Source: Utricularia gibba (Eukaryota > Plantae > Magnoliophyta). Taken from it: 19,435 bases of DNA. Positions 11,079 to 19,435 of this stretch are shown here, piece after piece. The position numbers and the translations under genes were made by a program. The first letter of the stretch is position 1, and each line of letters starts with the position of its first letter. The notes below the pieces were generated by a model, which searched no databases, was not told the origin of the DNA, and saw only the letters and a program-made list of their open reading frames with translations. The stretch spans positions 1-19,435 of the forward strand of contig NEEC01000392.1 in assembly GCA_002189035.1 (NCBI GenBank), written 5' to 3'.

Positions 11079-13250
11079 CATGACATCCTAACTAAAGCAA
11101 ATGCATTACGATTTCGTCGAGTACGACCCGATTGGGCTTAGTAGCCAGACCGAATCTCGGGCCCTGACAAAGCTCCCAACTACAGCACCCACCTTAAAAC
11201 GGCAAGCTGTTGCTTGAAAAACCATTTAGGCAGCCGCCGAAAACCCATCGTTGATAAATGCATCACTTATTTTCCGGCTACAACTGACTATTGGCCTGAG
11301 CCCGACCCGACCTCTGGCCCAATCCCGAAACCCTCCGAGGGCGCCTTCTCAAATATATAGCAGAGTGTTGAGAAAACCCATTGGGGTTCTCATGACATCC
11401 TAACTACATCAAATGCGTTACGATTTTCGTCGAGTGCGACCCGATTGGGCTTAGTAGCCAGACCGAATCTCGGGCCGGACAAAGCTCCCAACGACAGCAC
11501 CCGCCTTTAAATGGCAAGCTGTTGCTTGAAAAACCATGTGGGCAGCCGCCGACAACCCAACGTTAATAAATGCATCACTTCTTTTGCCGGGCTACAGCTG
11601 ACTTTGGGCTCAAGCCGACCCGAATCCGGCCCGATCTCGGTGACCCACAAAAGCGCCTTGTCAAGTGTAAAGCATGCTGTTGAAAAAACCATTGGGGTGG
11701 TCATGAGATCCTAACTTCAATAAAGTGTCACGATTTTCGTCGAATGGGATCGGATTGTGCTGTGAAGTCAGACCGAACCTTGGGTCCGGACGAAGTTCCC
11801 AACAACAGCACCCGCAAAAAAACGACAACTTTTCCTCAAAAAGCATGTAGGCAGCCGCCGAAAACCCAACGTTAATAAATGCATCACTTTTTTGGCCGGG
11901 CTACAAATGACTATGGGCCAGAGCACGACTCGACCATTTGCTCGATACTAGTGCCGCCTAGAGCGCCTCCTCAAATATAAATCAGGTTGTTGAGAAAACC
12001 ATTTGGGGTGCTCATGACATCCTAACTTCAAAAAATGCATCACGATTTTCATCGAGTAGCACCCGATTGGGCAGAGCCAGACCGAACCTTGGGCCCTTAC
12101 AAAGCTCCAACGACAGCACCCGCCTTAAAATGGCAAGCTATTGCTTGAAAAACCATTAGGCAGCCGCCGAAAACCCAACGTTGATAAATGCATCACTTAT
12201 TTTCCGGGCTACAACTGACTATGGGCCATAGCCCGACCCGACCTCTGGCCCAATCCCGAAACCCCCAAGAGCGCCTTCTGAAATATAAAGTAGAGTGTTG
12301 AGAAAACCCATTGGGGTTCTCATGACATCCTAACTAAAGCAAATGCATTACGATTTCGTCGAGTACGACCCGATTGGGCTTAGTAGCCAGACCGAATCTC
12401 GGGCCCTGACAAAGCTCCCAACTACAGCACCCACCTTAAAACGGCAAGCTGTTGCTTGAAAAACCATTTAGGCAGCCGCCGAAAACCCAACGTTGATAAT
12501 GCATCACTTATTTTCCGGGCTACAACTGACTATGGGCCTGAGCCCGACCCGACCTCTGGCCCAATCCGAAACCCCCCAAGAGCGCCTTCTGAATATAAAG
12601 TAGAGTGTTGAGAAAACCCATTGGGGTTCTCATGACATCCTAACTACAGCAAATGCGTTACGATTTTCGTCGAGTGCGACCCGATTGGGCTTAGTAGCCA
12701 GACCGAATCTCGGGCCGGACAAAGCTCCCAACGACAGCACCCGCCTTTAAATGGCAAGCTGTTGCTTGAAAAACCATGTGGGCAGCCGCCGACAACCCAA
12801 CGTTAATAAATGCATCACTTTTTTGGCCGGGCTACAAATGACTATGGGCCAGAGCGCGACTCGACCATTTGCTCGATACTGGTGCCCGCCTAGAGCGCCT
12901 CCTCAAATATAAATCAGGTTGTTGAGAAAACCATTTGGGGTGCTCATGACATCCTAACTTCAGCAAATGCATCACGATTTCATCGAGTAGCACCCGATTG
13001 GGCTCAGGAGCCAGACCGAACCTTGGGCCCTAACAAAGCTGCCAACGACAGCACCGCCTTAAAACGGCAAGCTTGCTTGAAAAACCATTTAGGCAGCCGC
13101 CGAAAACCCATCGTTGATAAATGCATCACTTATTTTCCGGGCTACAACTGACTATTGGCCTGAGCCCGACCCGACCTCTGGCCCAATCCCGAAACCCTAG
13201 AGCGCCTTCTCAAATATAAGCAGAGTGTTGAGAAAACCCATTGGGGTTCT

Positions 13251-15437
13251 CATGACATCCTAACTAAAGCAAATGCATTACGATTTCGTCGAGTACGACC
13301 CGATTGGGCTTAGTAGCCAGACCGAATCTCGGGCCCTGACAAAGCTCCCAACTACAGCACCCACCTTAAAACGGCAAGCTGTTGCTTGAAAAACCATTTA
13401 GGCAGCCGCCGAAAACCCATCGTTGATAAATGCATCACTTATTTTCCGGGCTACAACTGACTATTGGCCTGAGCCCGACCCGACCTCTGGCCCAATCCCG
13501 AAACCCTCCGAGGGCGCCTTCTCAAATATATAGCAGAGTGTTGAGAAAACCCATTGGGGTTCTCATGACATCCTAACTACATCAAATGCGTTACGATTTT
13601 CGTCGAGTGCGACCCGATTGGGCTTAGTAGCCAGACCGAATCTCGGGCCGGACAAAGCTCCCAACGACAGCACCCGCCTTTAAATGGCAAGCTGTTGCTT
13701 GAAAAACCATGTGGGCAGCCGCCGACAACCCAACGTTAATAAATGCATCACTTCTTTTGCCGGGCTACAGCTGACTTTGGGCTCAAGACCGACCCGAATC
13801 CGGCCCGATCTCGGTGACCCACAAAAGCGCCTTGTCAAGTGTAAAGCATGCTGTTGAAAAAACCATTTGGGGTGGTCATGAGATCCTAACTTCAATAAAG
13901 GTGTCACGATTTTCGTCGAATGGGATCGGATTGTGCTGTGAAGTCAGACCGAACCTTGGGTCCGGACGAAGTTCCCAACAACAGCACCCGCAAAAAAACG
14001 ACAACTTTTCCTCGAAAAAAGCATGTAGGCAGCCGCCGAAAACCCAACGTTAATAAATGCATCACTTTTTTGGCCGGGCTACAAATGACTATGGGCCAGA
14101 GCACGACTCGACCATTTGCTCGATACTTGCAGCCTAGAGCGCCTCCTCAAATATAAATCAGGTTGTTGAGAAAACCATTTGGGTGCTCATGACATCCTAA
14201 CTTCAAAAATGCATCACGATTTTCATCGAGTAGCACCCGATTGGGCTCAGGAGCCAGACCGAACCTTGGGCCCTTACAAAGCTGCCAACGACAGCACCCG
14301 CCTTAAAATGGCAAGCTATTGCTTGAAAAACCATTCAGGCAGCCGCCGAAAACCCAACGTTGATAAATGCATCACTTATTTTCCGGGCTTCAACTAACTA
14401 TGGGCCATAGCCCGACCCGACCTCTGGCCCAATCCCGAAACCCCCCAAGAGCGCCTTCTGAAATATAAAGTAGAGTGTTGAGAAAACCCATTGGGTTCTC
14501 ATGACATCCTAAATAAAGCAAATGCATTACGATTTCGTCGAGTACGACCCGATTGGGCTTAGTAGCCAGACCGAATCTCGGGCCCTGACAAAGCTCCCAA
14601 CTACAGCACCCACCTTAAAACGGCAAGCTGTTGCTTGAAAAACCATTTAGGCAGCCGCCGAAAACCCAACGTTGATAAATGCATCACTTATTTTCCGGGC
14701 CACAACTGACTATGGCCTGAGCCCGACCCGACCTCTGGCCCAATCCTGAAACCCCCCAAGAGCGCCTTCTGAAATATAAAGTAGAGTGTTGAGAAAACCC
14801 ATTGGGGTTCTCATGACATCCTAACTACAGCAAATGCGTTACGATTTTCGTCGAGTGCGACCCGATTGGGCTTAGTAGCCAGACCGAATCTCGGGCCGGA
14901 CAAAGCTCCCAACGACAGCACCCGCCTTTAAATGGCAAGCTGTTGCTTGAAAAACCATGTGGGCAGCCGCCGACAACCCAACGTTAATAAATGCATCACT
15001 TTTTTGGCCAGGCTACAAATGACTATGGGCCAGAGCGCGACTCGACCATTTGCTCGATACTGGTGCCCGCCTAGAGCGCCTCCTCAAATATAAATCAGGT
15101 TGTTGAGAAAACCATTTGGGGTGCTCATGACATCCTAACTTCAGCAAATGCATCACGATTTTCATCGAGTAGCACCCGATTGGGCTCAGGAGCCAGACCG
15201 AACCTTGGGCCCTAACAAAGCTGCCAACGACAGCACCGCCTTAAAACGGCAAGCTATTGCTTGAAAAACCATTTAGGCAGCCGCCGAAAACCCATCGTTG
15301 ATAAATGCATCACTTATTTTCCGGGCTACAACTGACTATTGGCCTGAGCCCGACCCGACCTCTGGCCCAATCCCGAAACCCCCGAGAGCGCCTTCTCAAA
15401 TATATAGCAGAGTGTTGAGAAAACCCATTGGGGTTCT
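13251..15437. repeat. Cleanest single copy of the 7-monomer HOR (2187 bp)
   Basis: Monomer starts are A 13251, B 13564, C 13877, D 14188, A 14500, E 14812 and D' 15126, each 311-314 bp. It closely matches the next copy, 15438-17620. Confidence 0.92.
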
Positions 15438-18400
15438 CATGACATCCTAACTAAAGCAAATGCATTACGATTTCGTCGAGTACGACCCGATTGGGCTTAG
15501 TAGCCACCGAATCTCGGGCCCTGACAAAGCTCCCAACTACAGCACCCACCTTAAAACGGCAAGCTGTTGCTTGAAAAACCATTTAGGCAGCCGCCGAAAA
15601 CCCATCGTTGATAAATGCATCACTTATTTTCCGGGCTACAACTGACTATTGGCCTGAGCCCGACCCGACCTCTGGCCCAATCCCGAAACCCTCCGAGGGC
15701 GCCTTCTCAATATATATAGAGAGTGTTGAGAAAACCCATTGGGGTTCTCATGACATCCTAACTACATCAAATGCGTTACGATTTTCGTCGAGTGCGACCC
15801 GATTGGGCTTAGTAGCCAGACCGAATCTCGGGCCGGACAAAGCTCCCAACGACAGCACCCGCCTTTAAATGGCAAGCTGTTGCTTGAAAAACCATGTGGG
15901 CAGCCGCCGACAACCCAACGTTAATAAATGCATCACTTCTTTTGCCGGGCTACAGCTGACTTTGGGCTCAAGACCGACCCGAATCCGGCCCGATCTCGGT
16001 GACCCACAAAAGCGCCTTGTCAAGTGTAAAGCATGCTGTTGAAAAAACCATTTGGGGTGGTCATGAGATCCTAACTTCAATAAAGGTGTCACGATTTTCG
16101 TCGAATGGGATCGGATTGTGCTGTGAAGTCAGACCGAACCTTGGGTCCGGACGAAGTTCCCAACAACAGCACCCGCAAAAAAACGACAACTTTTCCTCGA
16201 AAAAAGCATGTAGGCAGCCGCCGAAAACCCAACGTTAATAAATGCATCACTTTTTTGGCCGGGCTACAAATGACTATGGGCCAGAGCACGACTCGACCAT
16301 TTGCTCGATACTAGTGCCAGCCTAGAGCGCCTCCTCAAATATAAATCAGGTTGTTGAGAAAACCATTTGGGGTGCTCATGACATCCTAACTTCAAAAAAT
16401 GCATCACGATTTTCATCGAGTAGCACCCGATTGGGCTCAGGAGCCAGACCGAACCTTGGGCCCTTACAAAGCTGCCAACGACAGCACCCGCCTTAAAATG
16501 GCAAGCTATTGCTTGAAAAACCATTCAGGCAGCCGCCGAAAACCCAACGTTGATAAATGCATCACTTATTTTCCGGGCTTCAACTGACTATGGCCATAGC
16601 CCGACCCGACCTCTGGCCCAATCCCGAAACCCCCAAGAGCCTTCTGAAATATAATAGTAGAGTGTTGAGAAAACCCATTGGGGTTCTCATGACATCCTAA
16701 ATAAAGCAAATGCATTACGATTTCGTCGAGTACGACCCGATTGGGCTTAGTAGCCAGACCGAATCTCGGGCCCTGACAAAGCTCCCAACTACAGCACCCA
16801 CCTTAAAACGGCAAGCTGTTGCTTGAAAAACCATTTAGGCAGCCGCCGAAAACCCAACGTTGATAATGCATCACTTATTTTCCGGGCCACAACTGACTAT
16901 GGGCCTGAGCCCGACCCGACCTCTGGCCCAATCCTGAAACCCCCAAGAGCGCCTTCTGAAATATAAAGTAGAGTGTTGAGAAAACCCATTGGGGTTCTCA
17001 TGACATCCTAACTACAGCAAATGCGTTACGATTTTCGTCGAGTGCGACCCGATTGGGCTTAGTAGCCAGACCGAATCTCGGGCCGGACAAAGCTCCCAAC
17101 GACAGCACCCGCCTTAAATGGCAAGCTGTTGCTTGAAAAACCATGTGGGCAGCCGCCGACAACCCAACGTTAATAAATGCATCACTTTTTTGGCCAGGCT
17201 ACAAATGACTATGGGCCAGAGCGCGATCGACCATTTGCTCGATACTGGTGCCCGCCTAGAGCGCCTCCTCAAATATAAATCAGGTTGTTGAGAAAACCAT
17301 TTGGGGTGCTCATGACATCCTAACTTCAGCAAATGCATCACGATTTTCATCGAGTAGCACCCGATTGGGCTCAGGAGCCAGACCGAACCTTGGGCCCTAA
17401 CAAAGCTGCCAACGACAGCACTCGCCTTAAAACGGCAAGCTATTGCTTGAAAAACCATTTAGGCAGCCGCCGAAAACCCATCGTTAAATGCATCACTTAT
17501 TTTCCGGGCTACAACTGACTATTGGCCTGAGCCCGACCCGACCTCTGGCCCAATCCCGAAACCCCCCGAGAGCGCCTTCTCAATATATAGCAGAGTGTTG
17601 AGAAAACCCATTGGGGTTCTCATGACATCCTAACTAAAGCAAATGCATTACGATTTCGTCGAGTACGACCCGATTGGGCTTAGTAGCCAGACCGAATCTC
17701 GGGCCCTGACAAAGCTCCCAACTACAGCACCCACCTTAAAACGGCAAGCTGTTGCTTGAAAAACCATTTAGGCAGCCGCCGAAAACCCATCGTTGATAAA
17801 TGCATCACTTATTTTCCGGGCTACAACTGACTATTGGCCTGAGCCCGACCCGACCTCTGGCCCAATCCCGAAACCCTCCGAGGGCGCCTTCTCAAATATA
17901 TAGCAGAGTGTTGAGAAAACCCATTGGGGTTCTCATGACATCCTAACTACATCAAATGCGTTACGATTTTCGTCGAGTGCGACCCGATTGGGCTTAGTAG
18001 CCAGACCGAATCTCGGGCCGGACAAAGCTCCCAACGACAGCACCCGCCTTTAAATGGCAAGCTGTTGCTTGAAAAACCATGTGGGCAGCCGCCGACAACC
18101 CAACGTTAATAAATGCATCACTTCTTTTGCCGGGCTACAGCTGACTTTGGGCTCAAGACCGACCCGAATCCGGCCCGATCTCGGTGACCCACAAAAGCGC
18201 CTTGTCAAGTGTAAAGCATGCTGTTGAAAAAACCATTTGGGGTGGTCATGAGATCCTAACTTCAATAAAGGTGTCACGATTTTCGTCGAATGGGATCGGA
18301 TTGTGCTGTGAAGTCAGACCGAACCTTGGGTCCGGACGAAGTTCCCAACAACAGCACCCGCAAAAAAACGACAACTTTTCCTCGAAAAAAGCATGTAGGC

Positions 18401-19435
18401 AGCCGCCGAAAACCCAACGTTAATAAATGCATCACTTTTTTGGCCGGGCTACAAATGACTATGGGCCAGAGCGCGACTCGACCATTTGCTCGATACTAGT
18501 GCCAGCCTAGAGCGCCTCCTCAAATATAAATCAGGTTGTTGAGAAAACCATTTTGGGTGCTCATGACATCCTAACTTCAAAAAATGCATCACGATTTTCA
18601 TCGAGTAGCACCCGATTGGCTCAGGAGCCAGACCGAACCTTGGCCCTTACAAAGCTGCCAACGACAGCACCCGCCTTAAAATGGCAAGCTATTGCTTGAA
18701 AAACCATTCAGGCAGCCGCCGAAAACCCAACGTTGATAAATGCATCACTTATTTTCCGGGCTTCAACTGACTATGGGCCATAGCCCGACCCGACCTCTGG
18801 CCCAATCCCGAAACCCCCCAAGAGCGCCTTCTGAAATATAAAGTAGAGTGTTGAGAAAACCCATTGGGTTCTCATGACATCCTAACTAAAGCAAATGCAT
18901 TACGATTTCGTCGAGTACGACCCGATTGGGCTTAGTAGCCAGACCGAATCTCGGGCCCTGACAAAGCTCCCAACTACAGCACCCACCTTAAAACGGCAAG
19001 CTGTTGCTTGAAAAACCATTTAGGCAGCCGCCGAAAACCCAACGTTGATAAATGCATCACTTATTTTCCGGGCCACAACTGACTATGGGCCTGAGCCCGA
19101 CCCGACCTCTGGCCCAATCCTGAAACCCCCCAAGAGCGCCTTCTGAAATATAAAGTAGATGTTGAGAAAAAACCATTGGGGTTCTCATGACATCCTAACT
19201 ACAGCAAATGCGTTACGATTTTCGTCGAGTGCGACCCGATTGGGCTTAGTAGCCAGACCGAATCTCGGGCCGGACAAAGCTCCCAACGACAGCACCCGCC
19301 TTTAAATGGCAAGCTGTTGCTTGAAAAACCATGTGGGCAGCCGCCGACAACCCAACGTTAATAAATGCATCACTTTTTTGGCCAGGCTACAAATGACTAT
19401 GGGCCAGAGCGCGAATCGACCATTTGCTCGATACT

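Larger units (their letters stand above)
1..19435. repeat. Tandem satellite DNA array, ~312-bp monomer, 63 anchored copies, all in one orientation; continues past both window edges
   Basis: The anchor (T)CATGA(C/G)ATCCTAA recurs at 8, 312, 623, 937, 1242, 1553, 1867, 2181, 2493, 2804, 3114, 3422, 3732, 4042, 4352, 4665, 4978, 5285, 5594, 5880, 6186, 6498, 6810, 7124, 7430, 7740, 8048, 8351, 8657, 8970, 9281, 9586, 9900, 10208, 10521, 10821, 11079, 11391, 11702, 12013, 12321, 12631, 12945, 13251, 13564, 13877, 14188, 14500, 14812, 15126, 15438, 15749, 16062, 16377, 16688, 16999, 17311, 17621, 17934, 18247, 18562, 18873 and 19186. Mean spacing is about 309 bp, and intact copies are 310-315 bp. 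There is no unique intervening sequence. Confidence 0.98.
8657..19435. repeat. Higher-order repeat domain 2: 7-monomer HOR (A-B-C-D-A-E-D'), ~2.18 kb; four complete copies, one partial copy and one extra shortened A monomer
   Basis: Units span 8657-10820, 11079-13250, 13251-15437, 15438-17620 and 17621-end (partial), with an extra short A at 10821-11078. GCATGC sites at 11672, 13846, 16031 and 18216 are spaced 2174, 2185 and 2185 bp. E monomers (CTACAGCAAATGCGTT start, C-type end with GATACTGGTG) are at 10208, 12631, 14812, 16999 and 19186. D' monomers (CTTCAGCAAATG) are at 10521, 12945, 15126 and 17311. Confidence 0.93.

Noticed and set aside
443-18499. All ORFs in the six-frame track (61-133 aa; e.g. 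repeated 'MHHDFHRVAPDWAQ...', 'KHAVEKTIWGGHEILTSIKVSRF...')
   Set aside because: They are the same satellite segments translated repeatedly on both strands and in different frames. Reading frames are made and broken by homopolymer indels, and there is no recognisable domain.
1-19435. CRISPR-like regular spacing of conserved motifs
   Set aside because: The sequence between motifs is itself repeated, so there are no unique spacers. The period is 156/312 bp rather than ~60-75 bp, and no cas genes are present.
1-19435. 5S rDNA, tRNA or snRNA tandem array (unit size and GC content are compatible)
   Set aside because: I could find no 5S rRNA coding sequence, no tRNA cloverleaf or A/B boxes and no oligo-T Pol III terminator arrangement. 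The unit is an internal dimer. An Infernal/Rfam search would settle it.
1-19435. Identity with known ~155-bp grass centromeric satellites (CentO/CentC) or another named family
   Set aside because: Only the subunit length matches. I do not recognise their conserved sequence here and cannot run a database search, so no family or species is assigned.

Overview
The whole 19,435-bp window is one uninterrupted, head-to-tail satellite DNA array, most likely eukaryotic heterochromatic or (peri)centromeric DNA. I find no credible gene, RNA gene, transposon or CRISPR array, and every ORF in the track is a repeated translation of the satellite. Using the TCATGA motif as an anchor, I count 63 monomers of about 312 bp (about 50% GC; the last one is partial). 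Each monomer is an old, diverged dimer of two ~156-bp subunits. The monomers fall into recognisable types (A, B, C, D, plus variants E and D') arranged in higher-order repeats (HORs). A 4-monomer HOR (ABCD, ~1.24 kb) occupies 8-7429 and hides a weak 8-monomer periodicity. An irregular zone follows at 7430-8656. A 7-monomer HOR (ABCD-AED', ~2.18 kb) runs from 8657 to the end. The 7-mer is best explained as an 8-mer that lost one monomer by unequal exchange inside a 27-bp identity block. Scattered homopolymer indels and a few patchily deleted or mosaic monomers suggest noisy long-read consensus, so some irregularities may be assembly artefacts. I cannot assign the species or a named satellite family from the sequence alone.
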